Positions 27,519 to 37,396 of a stretch of DNA of 64,000 bases are shown one piece after another. The stretch's first letter is position 1. Every line of letters starts with the position of its first letter. The stretch covers positions 3,680 to 67,679 of the forward strand of contig DAOUHF010000121.1 in the NCBI GenBank assembly GCA_034428795.1, written 5' to 3'. Both the position numbers and the translations under genes were made by a program. A model generated the notes under the pieces. That model was not told the DNA's origin and ran no database searches. It saw nothing but the letters and a program-made list of their open reading frames with translations. This DNA is from Dehalococcoidia bacterium (lineage in GTDB: Bacteria > Chloroflexota > Dehalococcoidia > Lucifugimonadales > UBA3495).

Positions 27519-28538
27519 ATGCTGTTGGAACCTCTGATTTCAGTGATCGAAACGCTCAAGAAGCGTATCGCCGTTCACGGAGCGTCTCTACGCGAAAACG
27601 AGACTCGCACGCGAATGGCGTTGATAGACCCGCTGTTGCAGGCCCTTGGCTGGGACATTGCTGACCCAGCGATGGTACTGCCAGAGTATTCCGTTTCCAA
27701 AGGAAGGGTAGACTACGCTTTGCTTGCTCCAAGCGGCAAACCTTCCACTGTGCTGGAGGCCAAAAGACTCACCGAGGGATTGGAAAATCACAGCACTCAG
27801 ATGGTTGCTTATGCCTTGGAGGATGGTGTTGCTTATGCCGGGCTTACTGACGGTGATCGATGGCATATCTACGACGTATTTAAACCCGTCCCCCTTTCAG
27901 ACAAGCGAATACTGGATATTTCCATCTCCAGCACCTCGGCCCATGAGACAGCTCTGAAACTCCTGCTGCTCTGGCGGCCAAACCTAGCGTCGGGGCTACC
28001 GGTAGCGGCCAGCGAGCCGATTTTGTCCGCGCGGTTGGAACCTGCGTCAACCCAGGCATTTCAGTCGGTGGATACGCCATCAACCCCGTCTCAGACGAGA
28101 CCTTCTACACCCTCTTTGCAAACTCCCATTTCAGTTGAAGCGGGTTGGAACTCTCTCGTAGACGTCACCTACCAGCCAGGTGATAAAAAGCCGACTGGTA
28201 TCAGGTTCTCAGGGGCCGATTTGAAGGACATCAAGAGCTGGGCAGATGTGTGGTTCGAAGTTTGTGAGTGGCTGACTCGCGATGAAAAGTTGACTGCCGC
28301 AAATTGCCCAGTGCCAAGCTCGAGAGGCAAAGGTGTAAGGGAGCTTGTGAATACCACAGGTCAACATCCACCATCAAGCAAAAATCCAAACGGAAATGAA
28401 TTCGCTCAGTCAAGGAAGACTTCAACGGGTCTCTTTGTTGAGACCAACTATGCTCCAAAAGATTTGATCGGCAACGCGAAATTCCTGCTTGATAGACTAA
28501 GTATCCCTGTCGAAACCGTGGAACTGCGATTCGCCTGA
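27519..28538 (+). CDS. Stand-alone HsdR_N-like PD-(D/E)XK nuclease with unrelated C-terminal domain
   Basis: ENETRTRMALIDPLLQALGWD, GRVDYAL..VLEAK, AGLTDGDRWHIY. Confidence 0.8.
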   Translation: MLLEPLISVIETLKKRIAVHGASLRENETRTRMALIDPLLQALGWDIADPAMVLPEYSVSKGRVDYALLAPSGKPSTVLEAKRLTEGLENHSTQMVAYALEDGVAYAGLTDGDRWHIYDVFKPVPLSDKRILDISISSTSAHETALKLLLLWRPNLASGLPVAASEPILSARLEPASTQAFQSVDTPSTPSQTRPSTPSLQTPISVEAGWNSLVDVTYQPGDKKPTGIRFSGADLKDIKSWADVWFEVCEWLTRDEKLTAANCPVPSSRGKGVRELVNTTGQHPPSSKNPNGNEFAQSRKTSTGLFVETNYAPKDLIGNAKFLLDRLSIPVETVELRFA

Positions 28539-28675
28539 GCGCGACGCAGCCACAGCTGGGCAGTAGTAGGGAACATCTGAACAAGTCCCTTGATATAGAA
28601 TACTGTAATGGAATGCCAACTAACCCGCCCTGCGCCCGGCGCGCGGGCTGAATACAGGCCGGTGGACTTTCCGAA

Positions 28676-30718
28676 ATGGTTGCGCTGACGCCAGACCGCC
28701 CCCGCCGCACACCGGCAGAGCCGCCCCACGTTGACCCGGCGCCCGACGCCGGGCGGCCTCTCGTGCCTCGGATAGTACGGCTTTTCCGCCCCTACCGGGT
28801 CCAAGTCGCCATAGTCGTGTTGTTCATCCTCGCAACCTCCACCTTGGGCGTGGTGAACCCGATGCTCATCCAGGTGGTCTTCGACGATGGGCTGGGTGTG
28901 GCGTCGGAAAGCCCCCCCAACATCGACCTTCTTTGGATTCTCGGCGGCGTGATGATCGCCATTGCCGCGGCCAACGCGGCCATGGGGATCTTCCAGACCT
29001 ACATGACCAACAAGGTCGGGCAGCACGTCATGCGAGACCTGCGCGACGCCGTGTACGCCCACCTGCAGGGGATGTCGCTCCGGTTTTTCACCGGGACCCG
29101 CACCGGAGAGATCCAGTCCCGTGTATCCAACGACGTCGGCGGCATTCAGTCGGTGGTGACCACCACCCTGAGCGACGCCATAGCCAACGTCGCCATACTG
29201 GCCAGCACCCTCGGCGCCATGGTTTTCCTGTCGTGGCAGTTGACCCTGGTGGCCGTCGCCACCGTGCCTCTCTACTTCTTCATGGCCCAGTGGGTGGGCC
29301 ATAAGCGGCGGGAAATTACTTCCCGCACTCAGAAGTCCATGGCCGAGATGACCGTCATCACCCAAGAAACACTGTCGGTATCGGGAATCATGCTGGCCAA
29401 GCTCTTCGGGCGGCAGCACGAGGAGATGGCCAACTTTCGCCGTCACAACCAGGAGCTGTCCGACCTGACCGTGCGCCAGCAGATGATCGGACACTCCTTC
29501 TTCGCGGTGGTGATGGCCTTCCTCTCCGTCAGTCCCGTGGCCATCTACCTGCTGGCGGGTTACATGATGTCCGGGGGCGGCCCGTCGGTGGTTACCGCGG
29601 GCACCATCATCGCCTTCACCGTCCTGCAAAACCGCCTGTATTTCCCTGTGGGACGCCTGCTGCAGGTATCGGTGGAGCTTCAGTCCTCCCTGGCGGTGTT
29701 CGAGCGCATCTTCGGCTACCTGGACATGAAACAGGATATCGTTGACTCGCCGAATGCCCGTTCGCTGCCCGCCGATAAGGTTGCCGGGGCAATAGCCTTC
29801 GACTCGGTGCGGGTAAACTACCGTCGCGCCGAGGGCGAAGAGCCGGAGGACGCCGACGCGGAGGGCCTGGACGGACGCCAGTGGGCGCTGGACGGCGTGA
29901 GCTTCCGCATTCCGCCGGGGCAACTGGCCGCCTTCGTCGGCCCCAGCGGCGCCGGCAAATCTACGATCGCCAACCTGGTCCCCCGCCTCTACGACGTGAC
30001 CGAGGGAGGGGTGAGCATCGACGGTCTGGACGTCCGGGACGTCCGGCTGGCCGATCTGTCCCAAATCGTGGGGTTCGTCACTCAGGAGAGCTACCTGTTC
30101 CACGCGACGATGGAGAAGAACCTGCTCTACGCCCGTCCCGACGCGACCAGAGCGGAAATGATCGAAGCGGCCCAGGCCGCCTTCATCCACGACCGCATCG
30201 TGGAGTTACCGGACGGGTACGACACGGTAGTCGGCGAACGCGGGTTCCGCCTGTCCGGAGGGGAGAGACAGCGGCTGTCCATCGCCCGGGTGATTCTGCA
30301 CCAACCCCGCGTTCTCATTCTGGACGAGGCCACTTCGGCATTGGATACCACCAGCGAACGCTACGTTCAGTCGGCCCTCCAGCCCCTGATGCGGGAACGC
30401 ACCACCCTGGTGATCGCCCACCGCCTGTCGACGATCATTGCGGCCGACGTGATCTACGTGGTCGACCGCGGGAGAATCGTCGACTCCGGGACCCACGACG
30501 AGCTCCTCGCCCGCGGGGGCCTCTACGCCAACCTTTACGTCGAACAGTTCGGCGGCGGTCTTATCGAGGCCCGCTGTGACGACGGCGTGGTGTTCTCCAA
30601 CGGCAGCATCTACCGCATCGAGGCCCAGGAACCCGCCCTGGCGGGAGCGGGAGCGACAGCCGCCACCGGTGGACGGGCGCCCCGGGATGAGGGCCCCACA
30701 CCCTGGGAAGAAGCCTAG
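28676..30718 (+). CDS. ABC exporter, fused permease/ATPase
   Basis: Six TM segments; GPSGAGKST, LSGGERQRLSIAR, LILDEATSALD. Confidence 0.93.
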   Translation: MVALTPDRPRRTPAEPPHVDPAPDAGRPLVPRIVRLFRPYRVQVAIVVLFILATSTLGVVNPMLIQVVFDDGLGVASESPPNIDLLWILGGVMIAIAAANAAMGIFQTYMTNKVGQHVMRDLRDAVYAHLQGMSLRFFTGTRTGEIQSRVSNDVGGIQSVVTTTLSDAIANVAILASTLGAMVFLSWQLTLVAVATVPLYFFMAQWVGHKRREITSRTQKSMAEMTVITQETLSVSGIMLAKLFGRQHEEMANFRRHNQELSDLTVRQQMIGHSFFAVVMAFLSVSPVAIYLLAGYMMSGGGPSVVTAGTIIAFTVLQNRLYFPVGRLLQVSVELQSSLAVFERIFGYLDMKQDIVDSPNARSLPADKVAGAIAFDSVRVNYRRAEGEEPEDADAEGLDGRQWALDGVSFRIPPGQLAAFVGPSGAGKSTIANLVPRLYDVTEGGVSIDGLDVRDVRLADLSQIVGFVTQESYLFHATMEKNLLYARPDATRAEMIEAAQAAFIHDRIVELPDGYDTVVGERGFRLSGGERQRLSIARVILHQPRVLILDEATSALDTTSERYVQSALQPLMRERTTLVIAHRLSTIIAADVIYVVDRGRIVDSGTHDELLARGGLYANLYVEQFGGGLIEARCDDGVVFSNGSIYRIEAQEPALAGAGATAATGGRAPRDEGPTPWEEA

Positions 30719-31756
30719 CGGAGGGGCGTCGACCGGGTTGACCGTGTTGGCTCCCGGAGCAGCTCTGGACTCTCTCTGGCCAGCCCCCTGCCGCGCCGGG
30801 AAGTTGCGGGTGATGACCGCGCGGGCCTCTTCCAGGGGGATGTTGGCGGCTACGGCGCAGGGGGCGGTTTCGGCGAGGATCGCGTCGGTGTCGCCCAGCA
30901 GGGTGTGCTTCTTGAACTGGTCTTCGTGCTCGATGCCCAAGGCCCGCCCCACCAGCGTCAGGTAGTGTTCCACCCGCACCGGGAAGTCCGCCTCCAACCC
31001 GCACATGTGCCGCTGGCAGCCGTGGTATAGCGTGGCGAACGTGTCGGCCCCGGCGTCCACCGCCTGCCGCACCGAGTCCCGGGCCATCTCGTCCCAAACC
31101 TCCGGCCCGACCTCCTGCCGCACTGCGGGAGTGCAATGCCTTCCATAACGCTCGTCGGTGCCCAGGTCCAGCGCCGTGACTCCGGGAAGCTTCGACAGGA
31201 GAGTCAACGCGCTCCGGGCCTCAGCGGCGGACTGCGGACGGCCGGAGTGGTAATGGAGCGAGAGCGTGGTCTCCGGTTGAGGCTGGAAGTCCAAACGGTC
31301 CAGGTTCTGCACCAGGAATTCCGTGACGTACTGGAAGGTGAACTCCTCCCGCATGTCCATGATGTCGTCGTAGAAGAAGATGCACGACGGGCACCACATG
31401 ACCACCTGCTCCGGGTCGAACTTGCGGAAGTTGGCGGCGGTGGTCTCAGCCACGGACCGGGCCGAAGCCTTGTCGCCCCGCTGGAAGTGCTGGATGCCGC
31501 AGCAGTAGGACGCCCCTCCCACGGCGGTGAAATCGACGTCCAGCAGCTTGAACACGTCCATCACGGTGCGCACCAGATGGGTCGTCCGCAGGACGTTGCA
31601 ACCCAGGTAGAGCACGATTTCCGAGGGCTTGACGTCGCCTTTGGGCGTGGTCAGCAGCCAGTCCCGTTCCTCGGGGGCTGACTGCAGCCCGTGGAGAACG
31701 TCGATCTCCCGGTAGTAATCCCGGTAGAAGCTGCGGTCAGAGCTCGATTGAGTCAC
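30206..31756 (-). CDS. CCG-domain (Fe-S)-binding protein, heterodisulfide-reductase-like; true 3' end uncertain
   Basis: GTG 31756 after GGAGGA; LYLGCNV, YCCG, WCPSC, YHGCQR. The frame runs ~510 bp antisense into the ABC gene. Confidence 0.75.
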   Translation of the reverse strand: MTQSSSDRSFYRDYYREIDVLHGLQSAPEERDWLLTTPKGDVKPSEIVLYLGCNVLRTTHLVRTVMDVFKLLDVDFTAVGGASYCCGIQHFQRGDKASARSVAETTAANFRKFDPEQVVMWCPSCIFFYDDIMDMREEFTFQYVTEFLVQNLDRLDFQPQPETTLSLHYHSGRPQSAAEARSALTLLSKLPGVTALDLGTDERYGRHCTPAVRQEVGPEVWDEMARDSVRQAVDAGADTFATLYHGCQRHMCGLEADFPVRVEHYLTLVGRALGIEHEDQFKKHTLLGDTDAILAETAPCAVAANIPLEEARAVITRNFPARQGAGQRESRAAPGANTVNPVDAPPLGFFPGCGALIPGRPSTGGGCRSRSRQGGFLGLDAVDAAVGEHHAVVTAGLDKTAAELFDVKVGVEAPAGEELVVGPGVDDSPAVDHVDHVGRNDRRQAVGDHQGGAFPHQGLEGRLNVAFAGGIQCRSGLVQNENAGLVQNHPGDGQPLSLPSGQAEPAFADYRVVPVR

Positions 31757-31779
31757 GTTGTCCTCCCCGCCAGGGACTG

Positions 31780-33372
31780 CTACCAGCCGACGACTGCGCC
31801 GTCTTTCCTGGGTTCGGTGCCGCCTTGGAGCACGCCGGTATCCAGGTCCCGTTGGATCACCTGCGCCCCGCCGATGGATACCCGCTGGCGGCCCGTGATC
31901 GCACCCAGCTTGTGGCCGCGGGACTGCAGGTCGCGGGCCACTTCCGGGTCCAGTCCTTCTTCGATAATCACCTGGTCGTTGCCTACCATGAACCGGAGGG
32001 CGTTGATGGCCTGCTGGGGGTCCATGCCGTGGTCGACCATGTTGCTGATGAGCTGCAGGTGGCCCTGGGGCTGCATGAACGCACCCATCATCCCGTAGCA
32101 CCAGCGAAGCTCGCCGTCCACGGTGACCATTCCGGGGATGATGGTATGGTACGGCCGCTTGCCGGGGGCAAGGGCGTTGGGATGGTCGGGGTCCAACGAG
32201 AAGAGGGCCGCCCGGTTGTGCAGCACGATGCCGGTACCCGGAACGACCATCGCCGACCCGAAGTCGTTGAAGATGCTGTTGATGAACGAGCAGGCGTTCC
32301 CCTGCCCGTCGACCACGCTGATGTATACGGTGTCGCTGCCGCCCTGGACCTGGCCGTATGGCGCCGTATCCATGGCTTTCCGGGGCTCGATCAGTTCGCG
32401 CCGGCTGGCGGCGAATTTCTTGGATATCAACTCCTCAGTAGGTACCTCCACCTTGCGGGGGTCGGCCACGTAGCGAAACGCGTCTGCGAAGCCCAGGCGC
32501 ATCGCCTCGATGAGGTGGTGGTAGGCGTCGGGCGACTGTGCGCCCATGCCCTGGATGTCGAATCCCTCGGCGATGTTGAGGGCCTCTAAAGCCGCGATGC
32601 CCTGGCCGTTGGGCGGACATTCCCAGCAGGTGAAGCCCCGGTAGTCGATGGAGATGGGTTCGTCCCAGTCGGAAGTGTGTCCGGCCAGGTCCTCCAGAGT
32701 CAGCCAGCCTCCGTGTTCCTCGACGAAGGAGGACATCTTTCGGGCCAAGTCCCCGTGATAGAAGGCCTCCGTGCCGCCCTCGGCGATAGCCCGCATGGTG
32801 CGGCCCAGGGTGGGCAGGCGCATCAGGTGGCCTTTGACCGGCGCTTGACCGTCCACCAGGAACTCCTGGCCCGACGGGAAACTCGATATTTTGCGCAGGT
32901 TGGCGTCCCACTGGAAGGCGATGATTTCGGAGACCGGAAACCCCTCTTCCGCATAGCGGATGGCGGGCGCCAAGAGCCGGTCCAAGGGCATTGAGCCGCA
33001 TTCCCGCCGCAGGGTCTCCCAGCCGTGGACCGTCCCCGGAACAGCGACGGAATAGGGGCCGACGTTGGGCATGGAGTGGTGGCCCGCGGCCCTCAATTCC
33101 TCCAGGTTGGCTTGCGACGATGCGCGGCCGCTGCCGTTCAGGGCCCGCACCGACTTCTCTTGCTCATTCCACGTCAAGGCGAACACGTCGCCGCCCACGC
33201 CGGTTGAGTTGGGCTCCACCACGTTCAGCGTGGCGGCGGTGCAGATCGCGGCGTCCACGGCGTTGCCGCCTTCCATCAGCACCTGCAACCCGGCCACAGA
33301 GGCCAGGGGTTGGCTGGTGGCCACCATTCCGTTGGCAGCCAACACGGTCGAGCGCCGGGAGTCAAAATACAT
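31780..33372 (-). CDS. ggt: Gamma-glutamyltransferase
   Basis: GMVATSQPLAS, GGNAVDAA, GSDT (catalytic Thr), GKRPYHTIIP, GAFMQPQG. Confidence 0.93.
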   Translation of the reverse strand: MYFDSRRSTVLAANGMVATSQPLASVAGLQVLMEGGNAVDAAICTAATLNVVEPNSTGVGGDVFALTWNEQEKSVRALNGSGRASSQANLEELRAAGHHSMPNVGPYSVAVPGTVHGWETLRRECGSMPLDRLLAPAIRYAEEGFPVSEIIAFQWDANLRKISSFPSGQEFLVDGQAPVKGHLMRLPTLGRTMRAIAEGGTEAFYHGDLARKMSSFVEEHGGWLTLEDLAGHTSDWDEPISIDYRGFTCWECPPNGQGIAALEALNIAEGFDIQGMGAQSPDAYHHLIEAMRLGFADAFRYVADPRKVEVPTEELISKKFAASRRELIEPRKAMDTAPYGQVQGGSDTVYISVVDGQGNACSFINSIFNDFGSAMVVPGTGIVLHNRAALFSLDPDHPNALAPGKRPYHTIIPGMVTVDGELRWCYGMMGAFMQPQGHLQLISNMVDHGMDPQQAINALRFMVGNDQVIIEEGLDPEVARDLQSRGHKLGAITGRQRVSIGGAQVIQRDLDTGVLQGGTEPRKDGAVVGW

Positions 33373-33480
33373 GCGGATCGCGCTCCCAAAGGGAAAATCA
33401 AGCCGGGCAAGCCTCTTCCAACGCGGCCGAAAGACGCCGGAATTGTACCATAGCGTCTGCTGGGAAGCGGATGTCCGTCA

Positions 33481-33540
33481 GCCTGTCCCCCGGCCTGTTT
33501 CGCGGCCTGTCCCCCGGCCTGTTTCGCGGCCTGTCCCCCG
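33481..33540. repeat. Tandem repeat of alternating 12-mers GGCCTGTCCCCC / GGCCTGTTTCGC (5 units)
   Basis: Read directly. Confidence 0.88.
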
Positions 33541-33699
33541 ATGCCTCAGCCGGACCGGTCGAGGCGGTGGAACTGCGGCGGCGGCTCCAACTTGACAACA
33601 CCGGCGGCTGAGCCCATGATTGGCTCAGCGTTTGGGACAAAACGACGCTAGGCGCGGCGTCACACGTTTACAATAGAATAGCCCGCACAACAAGATCCA

Positions 33700-33815
33700 A
33701 CGATGGAAGTGCCCTTCCCAGGGCTTGAACGGGGAAGCTGGTCAAAGTCCAGCGCTGTCCCGCAACGGTAGGTCCCGATTTATCGGGGCGAGTCCGGTCC
33801 ACGGCTCCCATCGAT
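33700..33815 (+). ncRNA. Cobalamin riboswitch
   Basis: GAACGGGGAAGCTGGTCAAAGTCCAGCGCTGTCCCGCAACGGTA core, GAGTCCG 3' motif, CGATGG/CCATCG closing stem; upstream of BtuFCD-like genes. Confidence 0.88.
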
Positions 33816-33954
33816 GTTCTTACCTTCGAGGAAAGGTACTGGCATAGCCCGTTAGCCGCAACAAGCCCTGTTCCTTCCTTGAGTAAGCGTTGGAACAGGG
33901 CTTTTTATTTGTCCGCGACCCATACCAATAAACCAGGAAACGAGGAAACAACGC

Positions 33955-35061
33955 GTGATCAGGATTCGACTTATCCTCTGTGCAATAGCGTTGCTGGCCG
34001 TAGCGGTGCTGGTTGCAGCGTGCTCGGCCGCTGCCCCCACAGCGCCGCCAGCCCCGACAGTCGCCCCTACTCTGCCGCCGACGTCAGCTCCGGCCTCGCC
34101 GACTATCGTCCCTGCCGGCGGGCCTGCCGGCGGGCCTACGGTCGAAGCAACCGCCGCCCCGACCGCCGCGCCCACCGCGCCGCCGGCGGCCACCCGGCCC
34201 GCGCCAGAACCCACGGCGGTCCCGACGCGGCCACCCTCGCCCACCAGCACTGTCGAGCCGACGGCCACGCCAGCCCCGGTGGTTGTCACGGATACCAACG
34301 GCAAACCGGTCCAGTTCGACACCCCGCCGGAGCGCATGGTGGTCTACGACGGGGCGGCGGTTGAGATGCTGTTCGCCATCGGCCAGGGGCATCGCGTCGT
34401 TGGAACCCACAGTTACGTTACCTACCCGCCGGAGACGGCAAGCATCCCCAAGATTGGCGACGCTTTCAACATGGACATCGAGGCCATCGTCGCCTTGGAG
34501 CCGGACTTGGTGTACGTGTTCTACGACCGTTTCAACGGGGACCTGGAGCGGGCCGGTTTGAAGGTGCTCTACATCAAGGATCTGTCCCACGGCTTCACCG
34601 AAGTGGCCGACCTGATACGGATGTGGGGCCTGGTCACCGGCGCGACCGGGGAAGCCGAGAAGCTGGCCGGCGAGTTCGACGCGCGGGTGGCCGCCATCGA
34701 AGAAAGGCTGGACGACGTTGAATCAACCAAGACCGTCTACTCCCATGGCCTTGAATGGTGGACGCCGGGACGCAAAACCCTGGTCAACGACGTGTTCGAG
34801 CTGCTGAAGCTTCACAACATCGCCGACTTCGAAGGCTATCAGCAAATCAGCCCCGAGGTGGTGGCGGCCGCCAACCCCGACATCATCATGGGGTCGATAG
34901 AAGACGTGACCGGGGAGCCGGCGCTGTCCGGCCTGCCCGCGGCCGGGCCTGACCGTATCTTCACCCTTAGCGAGGGCAACTCCTTCAGCGTGGCCGGGCC
35001 GCAGTTCATAAACGCCGTGGAAGAAATGGCCGCCTGGGTCTATCCCGACCGGTTCGAGTAA
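33955..35061 (+). CDS. Cobalamin/Fe-siderophore ABC substrate-binding lipoprotein (BtuF-like)
   Basis: Lipobox LVAAC, Pro/Ala linker, DTNGKPV..PERMV, EAIVALEPDLV; riboswitch upstream. Confidence 0.88.
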   Translation: MIRIRLILCAIALLAVAVLVAACSAAAPTAPPAPTVAPTLPPTSAPASPTIVPAGGPAGGPTVEATAAPTAAPTAPPAATRPAPEPTAVPTRPPSPTSTVEPTATPAPVVVTDTNGKPVQFDTPPERMVVYDGAAVEMLFAIGQGHRVVGTHSYVTYPPETASIPKIGDAFNMDIEAIVALEPDLVYVFYDRFNGDLERAGLKVLYIKDLSHGFTEVADLIRMWGLVTGATGEAEKLAGEFDARVAAIEERLDDVESTKTVYSHGLEWWTPGRKTLVNDVFELLKLHNIADFEGYQQISPEVVAAANPDIIMGSIEDVTGEPALSGLPAAGPDRIFTLSEGNSFSVAGPQFINAVEEMAAWVYPDRFE

Positions 35062-35084
35062 CCCGTGGCAGAGGACTAGCAGCA

Positions 35085-36218
35085 GTGGCCGAAAGGAGCA
35101 GCAAGCCCCCCCTACACCCCAGCGGTGGGGTTACAAGGGGGGAGGGACCAGCGGCCTTGGACCTCGGCAGGATCGCCGGGGGGTTGGTCGGCCTTCGCTA
35201 CCCGTGGTGGCGGCTGGCCTTCGGCGGGACCGCTTTCTTAGTGGCGGCGGTATTCGCGGCCAGCCTTGGCTCCGTCGACATTCCCTTCCTGGCGACTGCC
35301 CAGATCGTGCTCTCCCGGCTGCCCGGCATTGACTCCCCGGCGGATGCTCCGGCGGCGTGGGACACTATTGTGTGGCAACTCCGGCTGCCCCGGGTAGCCT
35401 TGGCCGGGATCGTGGGTGGGGGCCTGGCGATGGCCGGCGCCGCCTACCAGGGGCTCTTCAAGAACCCGCTGGCCGATCCCTACCTCGTGGGGGTCGCGTC
35501 GGGGGCGGGGCTGGCGGCAGTTATCGTTCTGCTGACCGGAGTGCCTTTGTTCATCGGCGGGTTCAGCTTCCTCCCCGTCGCGGCATTCCTTGGCGGCGTC
35601 TCGGCGGTGGCGGTGGCCTATTCCGTCGCCCGCAGCTCCCGGGGAACGCCCCTGACCACCCTGATCCTGGCGGGGGTGGCCATTGCCTCACTGGCCGGAG
35701 CGGTAACCAGCCTGCTGATGATCCGCAGCGATCCAGAGCTCCGTCCGGTCATCAGCTGGCTCTTGGGCAGCTTCATCTCGTCGGAGTGGAGCGAGTGCGC
35801 CATCGTTCTGGCCTACCTGGCCCCCAGCATGGCGGTGCTCCTGGGGTTCGGCCGGGTGTTGAACGTGCTGCAGTTGCGGGAGGAACACGCCTCGATGCTG
35901 GGCGTCGAGGTCGAAAAGGTGAAATTACTCCTCATCGTGGCGGCCACCATGACCACGGCCGCCGCCGTATCCTTCACCGGGCTCATCGGCTTCGTCGGGC
36001 TGATCGCGCCCCACGTCGTGAGGCTGCTCTGGGGGACCGACTACCGGTTCATCCTGCCCATGTCGGCCATTCTAGGGGCCACGTTCCTGGTGCTGGCCGA
36101 CCTGGCGGCCCGCACTGTGGCGAGCCCCGGCGAACTGCCCGTTGGCATCGTCACCGCATTCTGCGGCGCGCCATTCTTCCTGTACCTGCTCCGGCGCCGC
36201 GGCGCCGGTATGGTCTAG
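35085..36218 (+). CDS. FecCD/BtuC family permease
   Basis: LRLPRVAL, LFKNPLADPYLVGVASGA, IGFVGLIAPH. Confidence 0.92.
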   Translation: MAERSSKPPLHPSGGVTRGEGPAALDLGRIAGGLVGLRYPWWRLAFGGTAFLVAAVFAASLGSVDIPFLATAQIVLSRLPGIDSPADAPAAWDTIVWQLRLPRVALAGIVGGGLAMAGAAYQGLFKNPLADPYLVGVASGAGLAAVIVLLTGVPLFIGGFSFLPVAAFLGGVSAVAVAYSVARSSRGTPLTTLILAGVAIASLAGAVTSLLMIRSDPELRPVISWLLGSFISSEWSECAIVLAYLAPSMAVLLGFGRVLNVLQLREEHASMLGVEVEKVKLLLIVAATMTTAAAVSFTGLIGFVGLIAPHVVRLLWGTDYRFILPMSAILGATFLVLADLAARTVASPGELPVGIVTAFCGAPFFLYLLRRRGAGMV

Positions 36219-36231
36219 GGATAGGTGTGAC

Positions 36232-37113
36232 GTGAGCTCGAACGGCCGCACACCGCTTCCCGCCACGGACGCCGTGGACGCCCTGGACGCCATCGATCAG
36301 GGCGGCATGCAAAACGGCGCGGGGCCCGCACACCACGAGGTTGCCGGAATCGACGTTTCCGGGGTCTGGGCGGGGTACGGAGAACGGCAGGTGCTCTCCG
36401 GAGTGGACTTGGCCGTGGAGCAGGGGACGCTCATCGCCTTGGCCGGCCCCAACGGAGTCGGCAAATCGACGCTCCTTCGATTGATCGCCGGAAGCCTGCG
36501 GCCGCGTCAAGGCTGCGTCACCGTCATGGGGACCGACGTATCGACCCTCTCGTCCCGGGAGAGGGCCAAGCGGGTGGCCGTGGTGCCTCAGGCCCCCGAG
36601 CTTCCCCACGGCTCTTCAGCGTTGGAAGTCGTGCTGATGGGACGGAACCCTCATCTGGGGATGCTGGCATGGGAGGGCCCGGAGGACGTTGAAATCGCCG
36701 TGCGGGCCATGCGGTCGACCGTCTCGGAAGAGTTCATGGACCGGCCCGTTCAACAGCTTTCCGGCGGCGAAAGGCAGCGGGTCGCGGTGGCGATGGCCTT
36801 GGCCCAAGAGACTCCCGTCATACTTCTGGACGAACCGACGGCCAACCTCGACCTCGCCTTTCAACCCGCGATAATGCGGTTGCTGCGCGACCTGGCGGCG
36901 TCGGGCAAGACGGTGGTGACTGCGGTCCACGACCTGACCCTGGCCGGCCAATTCGCGGATGTCGTAGCCATGCTGGGAGACGGGAGAATTCACTCGATCG
37001 GCGCCCCGGAAACGGTGCTGACCGCCGCCAACATCAAACACGTCTACGGGGCCGACACCGTCGTGATGAAACACCCGGAAACAGGCAAGCCGGTGGTGGT
37101 AAGTTCGAACTAA
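36232..37113 (+). CDS. ABC ATP-binding protein (BtuD/FepC-like)
   Basis: GPNGVGKST, LSGGERQRV, LLDEPTANLD; start uncertain. Confidence 0.9.
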   Translation: MSSNGRTPLPATDAVDALDAIDQGGMQNGAGPAHHEVAGIDVSGVWAGYGERQVLSGVDLAVEQGTLIALAGPNGVGKSTLLRLIAGSLRPRQGCVTVMGTDVSTLSSRERAKRVAVVPQAPELPHGSSALEVVLMGRNPHLGMLAWEGPEDVEIAVRAMRSTVSEEFMDRPVQQLSGGERQRVAVAMALAQETPVILLDEPTANLDLAFQPAIMRLLRDLAASGKTVVTAVHDLTLAGQFADVVAMLGDGRIHSIGAPETVLTAANIKHVYGADTVVMKHPETGKPVVVSSN

Positions 37114-37396
37114 CGGCACTCACACCCGCTCGGGGCCTATACCAACCATTACGCCCGTTCCAGTCCTATCGCCACTACACCACCGACCCCTCTCCCCACG
37201 CCCAAGGCATAACGTCCGACACTACGCCTCTGATGGTACCGGGAACGCGCCAAGGGTATCGAGGTTGAAAAATTCATGGCAGCAACCCTACCATAGTAAT
37301 ATGTCTTCGGACGTGGGAAGGTGACCAACCTTGATCCACGTATAAATCTAGGGGTCGGCGACAACGAAGCCGTGCAGAACCACGGCCTCGTATAGT

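Noticed and set aside
30206-32101. 631-aa ORF as one gene
   Set aside because: The 5' part overlaps ggt on the same strand in another frame; the RBS and motifs place the start at GTG 31756.
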